Shown: positions 20,700 through 29,594, counted from the first letter of the stretch. The stretch: 32,000 bases of DNA from Desulfotalea psychrophila LSv54 (GCF_000025945.1 NC_006138.1:2430001-2462000); one strand, 5' to 3'. A program made the numbers and translations. Notes: generated by a model from the sequence alone, not told the origin.

Positions 20700-21146
20700 A
20701 TGAAAAAGTTAGAAGCCATAGATCCTAAGAAATCCATCAAGCTCAGTAGAGCCCTGATAGAAATTGTCTGGCAATTTGGTCCCAAAGGGCTGGACGGTCA
20801 ATGCTGTGAGGATCTTTCAATGCCGGAATATCTTGCCTTGGAGACCTCTGCTACCACCAATGACTGTCCGGTACAGCATATAGGGAATAAGCTTAACTTT
20901 ACAAAAAGTGGCGCCACTCGCATCGTTAATCGCCTTGAGAAAAAAGGGTATATCCAAAAGATCAAATCCTATGAAGATGCTCGCGTCTGCTGTGTGGTTC
21001 CTACAGACAAGGGAAAGAGTATTCTTGAAAATGTAGCACAAGGTTATGCCGATCGCCTATCTGCTGTGCTAAGCAAGGTGCCTGCTAAACAGTCAGACAA
21101 TATAGCCAATGCCCTATTAGAGATGGCAGCGGCACTGCGCAGATAG
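20700..21146 (+). CDS. MarR-family winged-helix regulator, Cys-rich
   Basis: IGNKLNFTKSGATRIVNRLEKKGYIQKIKSYEDARVCCVVPTDKGKSILENV is a MarR-type wHTH/wing. Start chosen at ATG 20700 (GGAG RBS) rather than TTG 20652. Confidence 0.87.
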   Translation: MKKLEAIDPKKSIKLSRALIEIVWQFGPKGLDGQCCEDLSMPEYLALETSATTNDCPVQHIGNKLNFTKSGATRIVNRLEKKGYIQKIKSYEDARVCCVVPTDKGKSILENVAQGYADRLSAVLSKVPAKQSDNIANALLEMAAALRR

Positions 21147-21240
21147 TATTTCAGATCGTTAAATTCACAGCTAGCATCAGGGTAAGAAAAGTAAGGTACG
21201 TTCTGTCCATCGATACAGGCATGGATTTATTTAACTATTT

Positions 21241-21257
21241 GGTTGACATCGTCAACC
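21241..21257. promoter_or_regulatory. Third operator-like copy ggttgaca-t-cgtcaacc, 17 bp upstream of the permease start
   Basis: Same 17-bp motif as at 20582 with one mismatch between arms; sits just before the GGAG RBS of the 21275 gene. Confidence 0.8.
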
Positions 21258-21274
21258 AATCGGAGACTCTCTAA

Positions 21275-22174
21275 ATGAACTCATTTACAAAAACTATTGA
21301 ATTTTTCCTTTTCATCACTGCAGAATTGACAGTTTTATTTCTTGGAATCAGCACCTTAGTCGCTTTAGCATTGATGTATATCCCCCAGGAAAAGTTAAGA
21401 GATTGGTTATCCAGACGTGGCATTTTGGGCAATGTTCTGGCGGCAACAGTCGGTTCGTTAACCCCATTTTGTGCCTGCTCCACTATTCCGATGACTTTGG
21501 GCCTACTCAAGGCTGGCGCACCATTTGGGCCGGTTATGTCCTTTGTTATCGCCTCACCACTGTTAAATCCCATAATTATAGCAATGGTGGCAGCACTCAT
21601 GGGCTTAAAGGCATGTGTGCTCTACTTTGCCATCACCTTTCTGGGATCGATCGTTTTTGGCATCGTTTTGGAAAGAGTCGGTGGAGCAGCGTGGGTCAAA
21701 AATGTGCAAATACGACCAAGCTGCTGTGGTGAGGGTAAACAGAAAGAAAACCTATCTTTTTCAGGAAAACTTAAGCGTTCATTTGCCTCTGCCTGGAAGG
21801 ATTTCAGGGCCGTACTCCCCTTTCTCCTTATTGGTGTGGCAATTGGTGCAGGCATATACGGCTATATGCCACAGGAATTTGTGATCTCACTGGCTGGGCC
21901 ACAGAATCCATTCGCTATTCCTATTGCTGCCATCATCGGTATTCCACTCTATATCAGGGCTGAAACAGCCATTCCTATTGGTATGGCCCTGGCTGAGAAG
22001 GGTATGAGTATGGGAGCGGTAATAGCATTGATTATCGGGGGAGCAGGAATGGCAATCCCTGAAATGAGCATGCTGGCCAGCATTTTCCGTAAACGCCTTG
22101 TGGCATCCATTGTGGCGGTTATTTTCGCCACGGCGGTAATTGGCGGTTTTTCCTTCAACCTCATGCTTGCCTAG
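21275..22174 (+). CDS. Permease, ArsP/DUF318 (PF03773-type) family
   Basis: GSLTPFCACSTIPMTLGLLKAGAPFGPVMSFVIASPLLNPIIIAMVAALMG plus second half-repeat (GIPLYIRAETAIPIGMALAEKGMSMGAVIALIIGGAGMAIPEMSML); cytoplasmic-looking linker with RPSCCGEGKQ. Confidence 0.88.
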   Translation: MNSFTKTIEFFLFITAELTVLFLGISTLVALALMYIPQEKLRDWLSRRGILGNVLAATVGSLTPFCACSTIPMTLGLLKAGAPFGPVMSFVIASPLLNPIIIAMVAALMGLKACVLYFAITFLGSIVFGIVLERVGGAAWVKNVQIRPSCCGEGKQKENLSFSGKLKRSFASAWKDFRAVLPFLLIGVAIGAGIYGYMPQEFVISLAGPQNPFAIPIAAIIGIPLYIRAETAIPIGMALAEKGMSMGAVIALIIGGAGMAIPEMSMLASIFRKRLVASIVAVIFATAVIGGFSFNLMLA

Positions 22175-22269
22175 GAATAGCTTTGCCAGAGGGCGGTTGA
22201 TACGCATCCGGCAAGTTAACTTCGGTAGCGGACAAAAAACACAACTCACCATTACTAAAGGAAAAAACT

Positions 22270-22377
22270 ATGAAGAAGAATGGGCGCATTTTGGGGAAAC
22301 TTTTCGGAGGCTCTAAAAAAAAGGAGTGCTGTGCAATTGAACTCGAAGAGATCCCCGCAACTAAGCAGGGTTCGTAA
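22270..22377 (+). CDS. Small 35-aa CC-containing peptide (MKKNGRILGKLFGGSKKKECCAIELEEIPATKQGS)
   Basis: ATG with AAAGGA RBS 7 nt upstream, inside the tight + strand gene run; too short for the supplied ORF track. Confidence 0.6.
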   Translation: MKKNGRILGKLFGGSKKKECCAIELEEIPATKQGS

Positions 22378-22532
22378 AAAGGGGACAACTGAAAAAGAGG
22401 CAAAGGAAGACCAGCAAAACAGGGGTTGCGGCTGTTGCAATTAAGAGGGTGGCGACCGGTGTAACAAGGTTCCAATAATAATTTGCCACGAACGGATCTG
22501 TTGCTGGCAAAGCATCCACAAGGACTAAAAGA

Positions 22533-22940
22533 GTGAATCAACTAGATAGAACACTAAGAGAAATGGATTTGCAATTCTTTGCAGAAGGTAAACATGGTGT
22601 AACGCTCAACATGGCCGCCGATTGCCTCGAAAATTCAGAAGATGCCGTCTTCCTGGATGTGCGAACAGAAGAAGAGGCAGGTTTTGTGAGGTTTAAAAAT
22701 GTGCTGCATATACCACTGAATCAGTTACCCGATCGACTGGGGGAGCTGCCCCAGAATCAACCCATTATTGTATTTTGTACTTCGGTTGTTCGGGCAAGCA
22801 TGGCTGCCTTTTATCTAAGGGCAGAGGGCATAACAGCTGTGCGGACCCTACTGGCTAGTTCAGAGGAAATGGTGAAGCTATTCTCTTCGTCCAGAGTGTT
22901 CAGCCGCAAAACGTCAACAAACCAACAGCAGTGTAACTAA
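22533..22940 (+). CDS. Single-domain rhodanese-like sulfurtransferase with catalytic Cys (FCTSVVR) and C-terminal QQQCN
   Basis: DAVFLDVRTEEEAGF...PLNQLPDRL...IIVFCTSVVRASMAAFYLRAEG; GTG start supported by alignment of its N-terminus with the neighbouring paralogue (LREMD / FREMD). Confidence 0.85.
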   Translation: MNQLDRTLREMDLQFFAEGKHGVTLNMAADCLENSEDAVFLDVRTEEEAGFVRFKNVLHIPLNQLPDRLGELPQNQPIIVFCTSVVRASMAAFYLRAEGITAVRTLLASSEEMVKLFSSSRVFSRKTSTNQQQCN

Positions 22941-22949
22941 GGAAGCGAT

Positions 22950-23363
22950 ATGAAAAATTTACAGGGGTATTTCAGGGAGATGGATTTTGTGGCATTCGGG
23001 AATGGGGATTTTAATACACCTGCCGCGGCCCTGCCAAAGCTGATCAAAAACAATGTATTCTTGCTGGACCTGCGAACCTGGGAAGAGGTTGAGGCCTTTT
23101 CCCTGCCATTTGCCAAAAGTATACCGATAAATGAGCTTCCAGAGAGGCTCGAAGAAGTTCCTAAAAACAGGCCGGTTATTTTGTTCTCCAACGGCTCCTG
23201 GCGCTCAAGTGTGGGACTCGCCTATCTCATTGCAAAAGGTTTTGACGAGGTGTCGATTATTGCCCAGGGACTTCCTGAAATGTTGAAGACCCTAAAACCA
23301 GGCCCATTGTTTGGAGCAGGCGTACACAAGGTTCAAGCTCAAACAGACTGCAACTGTGGATAA
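22950..23363 (+). CDS. Rhodanese-like paralogue lacking the catalytic Cys (FSNGSWRS), C-terminal DCNCG
   Basis: NVFLLDLRTWEEVEAF...INELPERLEEVPKNRPVILFSNGSWRSSVGLAYLIAKG; AAGGAAG RBS. Confidence 0.87.
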   Translation: MKNLQGYFREMDFVAFGNGDFNTPAAALPKLIKNNVFLLDLRTWEEVEAFSLPFAKSIPINELPERLEEVPKNRPVILFSNGSWRSSVGLAYLIAKGFDEVSIIAQGLPEMLKTLKPGPLFGAGVHKVQAQTDCNCG

Positions 23364-23365
23364 AG

Positions 23366-24106
23366 ATGCTACTGACTATTGCCCTACTAGCATTTTGTTT
23401 GAGTTTTATCTTTGCCCTGGGTGGCGTGGGAAGTGCTGTGGCTTTAGTTCCCGCGCTTATCGCCATTGGAGTTCCTGGAGGTGTCGCCCGTCCCATCGCC
23501 TTACTTGTTAATACAGTAAGCCTCGGCGGGGGCACCATCTATAACCTCAAAACAGGTAAATTCAAACCCGGCCCATGGTGGTTATTGATACTGTTTTCCC
23601 TCCCGGCTGCCCCTCTGGGGGCATGGGTTTCCACCTTAATTCCGCATAATATTCTCTCCGGGGTATTTGCTGGATTCATGGTCTTTTCCGGTTTTTTGAT
23701 GATTGCTCCTGCACGGAAAAGTCAGCAAAAAGAGGAACGAAACACCTGTCCACCAGTAGGCGGAGCCTTGATCGGGGCAGTTTCGGGTGTGGTATCTGGC
23801 ATGCTGGGGGTAGGCGGTGGAGGTGTGATCATCCCCGCCTTATATGCCATGCGGTTTCGTTCGCATCATATTGCAATGATCACAGCGATGGCCGTCCCAT
23901 TTTCTTCTTTCACAGGCTTTATCGCCTATGCCGCCATGGGTTCGCTCAATATAACTACCGTTGTAGTGGCATCGTTAGCAGCTCTTGCTGGTGGCACCAT
24001 TGGCACAAGAGCAATGCACCGTATCGATCAGCGATTGGTGAAAATGTTTTTATCAATAACCTTAATAATTTCAGGAGGCAGAATCATATGGAAGCTTGTT
24101 GCCTGA
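23366..24106 (+). CDS. TauE/SafE-family (DUF81) anion/sulfite-exporter-type permease
   Basis: LSFIFALGGVGSAVALVPALIAIGVPGGVARPIALLVNT...GAVSGVVSGMLGVGGGGVIIPALYAM; starts 2 nt after the preceding stop. Confidence 0.9.
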   Translation: MLLTIALLAFCLSFIFALGGVGSAVALVPALIAIGVPGGVARPIALLVNTVSLGGGTIYNLKTGKFKPGPWWLLILFSLPAAPLGAWVSTLIPHNILSGVFAGFMVFSGFLMIAPARKSQQKEERNTCPPVGGALIGAVSGVVSGMLGVGGGGVIIPALYAMRFRSHHIAMITAMAVPFSSFTGFIAYAAMGSLNITTVVVASLAALAGGTIGTRAMHRIDQRLVKMFLSITLIISGGRIIWKLVA

Positions 24107-24122
24107 GAAAGCTGAAGTTTGA

Positions 24123-24389
24123 CCTTCCGAAGAAATAAATGTTGGTACCGATGGTATATGGGAAGGAAGCAACAGACATGGAGAATGTGGCAAACAGTGA
24201 TTGATGAAACTCATTCGCCAGAACAGTACAGCTAGTGCAAAAAAAATTTTAGATGAGATTTTCGAAGAACACGCTCAGTTTTCAAAGGGAAAAAATAAAA
24301 AAGACGACCTAACCCTGGTAGTTATTAAAATAGTTAAAGATAGTCTTACTGAAACTATCACCGATCCCGACACATCTCCTAATCAATAA
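24123..24389 (+). pseudogene. C-terminal remnant of a SpoIIE/PP2C-type (RsbU-like) serine phosphatase domain
   Basis: In one frame: PSEEINVGTDGIWEGSNRHGECGKQ*LMKLIRQNSTASAKKILDEIFEEHAQFSKGKNKKDDLTLVVIKIV; matches the family ending (TDG..E..n..GexFGkerL...; DDlTLvViki) but with an in-frame TGA at 24198 and no upstream domain. Confidence 0.7.
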
Positions 24390-24395
24390 CCAGGT

Positions 24396-24425
24396 AGCTT
24401 TCAATCGGCATGCCGATTGAAAGCT
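24396..24425. repeat. 30-bp perfect palindrome agctttcaatcggcatgccgattgaaagct
   Basis: Identical to its reverse complement; between the phosphatase remnant and the convergent DUF445 gene; no T-tract. Confidence 0.8.
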
Positions 24426-24477
24426 GCTTGATTCCAGTCACTTAATCCAATGAGTTACTTTTTGCCCCCGCTTCGCG

Positions 24478-26100
24478 CTAGGCAAGGGCCAGAAAGAAGA
24501 GGTTGATGCAGCCGAGGATAAAACCAAGGAGGGCACCAAAGAGATTGATATACTTGAACTGTTCTTCCATGATGGAGAGGAGAAGCTGTTCGAGTTTAAG
24601 GAGGTCAAGGGAGTCAACCTTATCGGCTACAATCTGCTGCAGGTTGAAGGATTTCACCATCCCCGGCAACTCCCTGGAAACGGTCTTGGTCAGGTAGCTC
24701 TGCAGGGATTGATAGATACTGTCCCGCATATTTTCATTAAGAAAGCGGGACAGCTTACCTATTTTACAGGCCAATCCCTTTGTCAGCAGCGAATCGACGG
24801 CGGTAGAGATAACCTCGTTGATGCGCTCGGAGCGAAGGGCAGTCAGGCTTTTATCGAGGAGGCTTTCCTGTAGAAGGGCGACTTTCTCCTGCCCCAAAAG
24901 ATCGGCCAGGGCCTCTTGGATTGAGTGATCACCTGTCATATAGCCCTTAATGCTATCGGTAAATGTCTCTGTCAAAACCCCCTGCAACTGCTCATCCTGT
25001 AATTGTTTAAAGAGGCCGTGGCTAATGCCCTTGCTTAGGGCCTCTAGCTGCTGTGGTTCAATATCTCTTACCAGATCGGCCATGGGGGCGGCAAAGAGTT
25101 TTCCCAACTGGTCGTTTAAGAGAGCGGTAACTCGTTCCCCTACCACGTCTCCCTGAATCCAGGCAAGAATATCCTCCTCTTTTTCGTCCAGATAGTCGGC
25201 AATTTTAGCACGTACCGTCTCCATTTTAATAAAGTTCCCGACCATTGCCCCCATGGGTCCCATGGAAGCAATAAAGCTCTCTACTCCACCGCAGGCTCCG
25301 TCAATAATTTTTTCGCGTACATCGTCTGTGGCTAAAAGTCCGCCAACACCGGCGAGCAGAGGCTGAACCTGTTTTTCCACCAGCCCTTTCAAGAGACCGT
25401 AGGAGGCCTCTGGTAAAATGTCCGCGAGACTGCTGTTTTGCTGAAAGGCATCCTGCACCTTGGTATGGACAGCATTTTCAAGCCATTGCTCACAGGCGGG
25501 GCTGGACAAAAAGCGTCCCAGGTGTCCGGATAGGGATGTCTGCAGAGATACAAGCAGTTCGGCTTGTTGCTCCTCAGCTAGAAGGGAGGAGAGCTTTTCG
25601 GCAAGAAATTTATCGCTGATATCCTGGAGAACATCTCTTAACTGTCGGGCAAACTGATCCGAGCCGATAAAGCTACTCACCCCATCCTTTATCTTATAGG
25701 AGAGATAGTCAACGGCCAGTCCATAGTAGCAGGAGAATTGAGGAGGCAACAGGGACTGGAGGGTGCCAAGATCCCTCTGGGCCAGGGCTTCGCCCCGGGC
25801 CTGTATCTTATCGTGGACTTGTGCCTGTACGTGTTTTTGCTCTATCGCTTTTTGTACTTCTGTGCCGGTAATGAGATAATCGGCAACCATTCGTCCCATA
25901 TTTTCGGCAAGTTCATGCCGCTTTGCCGGAATGACACCGGGGGTCATGGGCACCCGCATGCCAAAGATATGCCAGGGGTTGAGGGGGCGAAAGAGCATCT
26001 TGATGGCAATCTTATTGGTAAGATAACCAATAAAGGCACCAACCATGGGTGGTGCAATATACTGGGCAATTGGGAAAATATCAGCAGGCGTTACAGGCAT
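24478..26100 (-). CDS. DUF445 (YheB/YjiN-type) membrane-associated protein
   Basis: MVGAFIGYLTNKIAIKMLFRPLNPWHIFGMRVPMTPGVIPAKRHELAENMGRMV; C-terminal LFGALLGFILGCINLFFLALA helix. Confidence 0.88.
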   Translation of the reverse strand: MPVTPADIFPIAQYIAPPMVGAFIGYLTNKIAIKMLFRPLNPWHIFGMRVPMTPGVIPAKRHELAENMGRMVADYLITGTEVQKAIEQKHVQAQVHDKIQARGEALAQRDLGTLQSLLPPQFSCYYGLAVDYLSYKIKDGVSSFIGSDQFARQLRDVLQDISDKFLAEKLSSLLAEEQQAELLVSLQTSLSGHLGRFLSSPACEQWLENAVHTKVQDAFQQNSSLADILPEASYGLLKGLVEKQVQPLLAGVGGLLATDDVREKIIDGACGGVESFIASMGPMGAMVGNFIKMETVRAKIADYLDEKEEDILAWIQGDVVGERVTALLNDQLGKLFAAPMADLVRDIEPQQLEALSKGISHGLFKQLQDEQLQGVLTETFTDSIKGYMTGDHSIQEALADLLGQEKVALLQESLLDKSLTALRSERINEVISTAVDSLLTKGLACKIGKLSRFLNENMRDSIYQSLQSYLTKTVSRELPGMVKSFNLQQIVADKVDSLDLLKLEQLLLSIMEEQFKYINLFGALLGFILGCINLFFLALA

Positions 26101-26741
26101 AATTCGACAATCTCCTGTGGTGTGTTAACAATAAAATCAGCCCTGTGGGCGCGTAACTCTTTAATGGGTCGAAAACCCCAGCTGACCCCGAGACTGGTCA
26201 TGCCACTGTTCTTGCCTGTCTGCATATCAACCGAGGTATCTCCAATAAAGAGCATCTCCTGAGCCTCGATGCCCATGGTCCGGGCCGCAAGCAGGGCGCC
26301 GGCAGCATTGGGTTTTTTAGGCACATCCGCCCTCTGGCCTGATATATAGGTAAAGGGATGCTCCGGAAAAAAGAACTCCACCACCTTTTGGGTAAAGGCA
26401 TCGGGCTTATTTGAGAGAATACCGAGAGGAATTTCCGCCTCTCTCAGATCATTAATCATTTGCTTAATGCCCTTATATGGCGTACTATTTTCATGCCAGC
26501 ACTCCTGATAGTGAAGGCCGAACTCCTGACAGCAGGCAACAAGCACCTCTGCAGAAGTTCCCGGAGGGACGATCCGCTCCATAAGCACATCCAGACCGTC
26601 ACCTACGAAAAAATTATAGTCTTCTACCCTGTGCACAGGAAAATTGCGCGCCGCCAGCACCTTATTACAGGAGGCAGCCAAATCCTCTATGCTGTCCACC
26701 AGGGCGCCATCTAAATCAAAAAGTATCGCTGAGAATCTCAT
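26091..26741 (-). CDS. gph: HAD-family phosphatase, phosphoglycolate phosphatase-like
   Basis: FDLDGALVDSIEDLAASCNKVLAARNFP...PYKGIKQMINDLREAEIPLGILSNKPDAFTQKVV...MLFIGDTSVDMQTGKNSGMTSLGVSWGFR; overlaps the downstream DUF445 start by 10 bp. Confidence 0.8.
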   Translation of the reverse strand: MRFSAILFDLDGALVDSIEDLAASCNKVLAARNFPVHRVEDYNFFVGDGLDVLMERIVPPGTSAEVLVACCQEFGLHYQECWHENSTPYKGIKQMINDLREAEIPLGILSNKPDAFTQKVVEFFFPEHPFTYISGQRADVPKKPNAAGALLAARTMGIEAQEMLFIGDTSVDMQTGKNSGMTSLGVSWGFRPIKELRAHRADFIVNTPQEIVELCL

Positions 26742-26914
26742 TATATCGTCTCTATAAAAATAGGTTTAAAAAAGAGCCTTTGTTAAAACTCAAACCCTCT
26801 ATGGGGTCAAGATATTTATACATAAAAAAAATTTATTTTTTCTATCAAAATTTTTCGGGCTAGGGTATAAGTATTTGTTTCCAAATTTCCATCATAGTAA
26901 AAAAGGAGAGTTCT

Positions 26915-27562
26915 ATGTGGTTCGTTAAGTTTGTTGCTTCATCAATTGGGAAGAAGTTTGTCATGGCCTTTACCGGTCTATTACTCATCCTCTTTCTCTG
27001 CGTACATGCGGCAGGAAATGCAATCATATTTTTTGGAAGCGAGGCCTTCCTGACATATGCACATGCCCTTCATGCTGTACCCCTTGTGGTTGTCCTCTTT
27101 AGCTCAGGACTGGCAGTCGTACTGCTGGCCCATATCTGCTTTGGACTATACCTCTTTTTTGAAAACAGGACCGAAAGCGATTCCCGCTATGCTGTGTCGG
27201 TGCGAACGGTTAAATACTCGCTCGCCTCCAAGACAATGCACTGGAGTGGCCTCTTTATCTTCCTGTTCCTCATCTTTCACCTTGCCGTTTTCACCTTCGG
27301 CGGAAAAGATATACCTATCTCAACTCTTGTTGAAGAACGTTTAGGTGACTTCTCTTTTGGTATCTTTTACCTAATCTCTTTTGCTGTTCTCGCTCTTCAT
27401 CTCTCCCACGGTTTTTGGAGTATGCTACAGACCTTTGGTGTCAACCATCCTCGCTACAATGACCTCATCCATAATCTCACATACATTGTTCCACTGTTTT
27501 TCTTTGTGATTTTTGGGGGAGTTACCCTGTATTTCCTGACTGGACTTGGCGCAAATTTCTAG
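26915..27562 (+). CDS. sdhC: Succinate dehydrogenase/fumarate reductase cytochrome b subunit (single-subunit anchor)
   Basis: Five hydrophobic segments with conserved His residues, operon with SdhA and SdhB. Confidence 0.9.
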   Translation: MWFVKFVASSIGKKFVMAFTGLLLILFLCVHAAGNAIIFFGSEAFLTYAHALHAVPLVVVLFSSGLAVVLLAHICFGLYLFFENRTESDSRYAVSVRTVKYSLASKTMHWSGLFIFLFLIFHLAVFTFGGKDIPISTLVEERLGDFSFGIFYLISFAVLALHLSHGFWSMLQTFGVNHPRYNDLIHNLTYIVPLFFFVIFGGVTLYFLTGLGANF

Positions 27563-27623
27563 CAAAAGAATCATTAAATGGATTTAGGGCCAAGGCCCTG
27601 CCATATTTTTTTGAGGTAAAACT

Positions 27624-29552
27624 ATGAAACTCGATGCATGCATTCCCGAAGGACCTCTGGCTGAAAAGTGGGATAACTGTATTTTTAAAAGCAAACTCGT
27701 TAACCCGGCAAACCGCAGAAAATTCTCTGTAATCGTTGTGGGCACAGGGCTTGCCGGAGCATCTGCTGCGGGCACCCTTGCCGAACAGGGCTATCAGGTA
27801 AAGGCCTTCTGTATTCAGGACAGTCCCCGTAGAGCACACTCCATTGCCGCCCAGGGTGGAATCAATGCCGCCAAGAACTACCAGAACGATGGTGATTCCG
27901 TCTTTCGCCTCTTTCACGATACCCTGAAGGGTGGCGATTTTAGAGCCCGTGAGGCAAATGTCTATCGTCTTGCCCAGGTAAGTAATAATATCATCGACCA
28001 GTGCGTTGCTCAGGGCGTCCCCTTTGCCCGCGAATACGGTGGAACCCTCGCCAACAGATCCTTTGGTGGTGCCCAGGTTTCACGTACATTCTATGCCCGT
28101 GGTCAAACAGGACAGCAACTCCTCCTTGGAGCCTACAGCTCTCTCTCCCGCCAGGTAGGTGCCGGAAAGATTGAGATGTTCTGCCGTCAGGAGTTGATGG
28201 ACGTTGTCATCACCGACGGCCAGGCACGCGGCATCACCACCCGTGATATCTATACCGGTGAGATAGAGACCTACTCAGCCGATGCGGTGATCCTGGCAAC
28301 GGGCGGTTATGGCAATGCCTATTTTCTCTCCACCAATGCCATGGCCTCAAACGTTACCGCTGCCTGGCGCGCCTATAAGAAGGGTGCTGGCTTTGCCAAT
28401 CCCTGCTTTGTCCAGATTCATCCCACCTGTATTCCAGTCCACGGCGACTATCAGTCGAAGCTGACCCTGATGAGTGAAAGTCTTCGTAATGACGGTCGGG
28501 TCTGGGTGCCAAAGGCCAAGGATGACAAGAGATCGCCTGCCGATATCCCCGAGGATGAGCGCGATTATTATCTCGAACGCATCTATCCAAGTTTTGGTAA
28601 TCTGGTGCCACGTGACGTTGCCTCCCGTAATGCCAAGAACCAGTGCGATGCAGGTAAGGGCGTTGGCCCAAGTGGACTTGCCGTCTACCTGGACTTTGCC
28701 GATGCGATCAAACGTGACGGTCTTGACACCATCGTCAAGAAATACGGTAACCTCTTTGAGATGTACGAGAAGATTACCGCCAGCAACCCCGTCAATGAGC
28801 CCATGCTCATCTACCCTGCTGTTCACTATACTATGGGTGGTCTCTGGGTTGATTACAACCTGCAGACAACAATTCCCGGTCTCTTCGCACTGGGTGAGTG
28901 TAACTTCTCCGATCATGGTGCCAATCGTCTGGGCGCATCTGCCCTTATGCAGGGACTTGCCGACGGTTATTTTATCATTGGCAACACCCTGGCAAACTAC
29001 TTTGGCTCTAATAGCTTTAGCAAGGTTTCTGTTGAGAACAAGGACTTCAAGCAGTCAAAGGCCGATGTCGAGGCCCGGATAGAAAAGCTCCTGGCCAACT
29101 CCGGCGGTGCGGTCACCGACCAGCATGTTACCGTGGATGAGATCCATAAGGAACTTGGTCATATCATGTGGAATTACTGTGGTATGGCTCGTAATAAAGA
29201 GGGTCTTGAAAAGGCCCTTGAGCTCCTGCCTCCTCTCAAAGAAAAATTCTGGAAGCATGTCTATATCCCTGGTAAGGGCAAGGATCTCAACCAGACTCTG
29301 GAACGCGCCGGCCGAGTGGCAGATTTTCTTGAATTTGCCGATATCATGGTTCGGGACGCCCTGGAGCGTGCGGAGTCCTGCGGCTGTCATCTCCGGGAGG
29401 AGAGTCAGACAGAGGAGAGTGAGGCCCTTCGTAACGATGAGAAGTACTCCCATGTTGCCGTTTGGGAGTGTCAAGGCGAAGATGAGCCGCTTCTCCACCG
29501 TGAAGAGCTCACCTTTGAGGCAATCCAGCCCTCTCAACGTAGCTATAAATAG
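27624..29552 (+). CDS. sdhA: Succinate dehydrogenase/fumarate reductase flavoprotein subunit
   Basis: [98 protein letters not shown]. Confidence 0.96.
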   Translation: MKLDACIPEGPLAEKWDNCIFKSKLVNPANRRKFSVIVVGTGLAGASAAGTLAEQGYQVKAFCIQDSPRRAHSIAAQGGINAAKNYQNDGDSVFRLFHDTLKGGDFRAREANVYRLAQVSNNIIDQCVAQGVPFAREYGGTLANRSFGGAQVSRTFYARGQTGQQLLLGAYSSLSRQVGAGKIEMFCRQELMDVVITDGQARGITTRDIYTGEIETYSADAVILATGGYGNAYFLSTNAMASNVTAAWRAYKKGAGFANPCFVQIHPTCIPVHGDYQSKLTLMSESLRNDGRVWVPKAKDDKRSPADIPEDERDYYLERIYPSFGNLVPRDVASRNAKNQCDAGKGVGPSGLAVYLDFADAIKRDGLDTIVKKYGNLFEMYEKITASNPVNEPMLIYPAVHYTMGGLWVDYNLQTTIPGLFALGECNFSDHGANRLGASALMQGLADGYFIIGNTLANYFGSNSFSKVSVENKDFKQSKADVEARIEKLLANSGGAVTDQHVTVDEIHKELGHIMWNYCGMARNKEGLEKALELLPPLKEKFWKHVYIPGKGKDLNQTLERAGRVADFLEFADIMVRDALERAESCGCHLREESQTEESEALRNDEKYSHVAVWECQGEDEPLLHREELTFEAIQPSQRSYK

Positions 29553-29594
29553 GTTTCTGGTAAGAAAATCGAATAGGATTTATGAGGTAATAAA

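Noticed and set aside
24503-26401. ORFs opposite or in alternate frames to the DUF445 and HAD genes
   Set aside because: Better explained by the main conserved frames; composition looks antisense.
27580-27616. agggccaaggccct followed by a T-run between sdhC and sdhA
   Set aside because: Short stem and separated from the T-run by several nt; may be a weak attenuator or nothing, too weak to call as a terminator.
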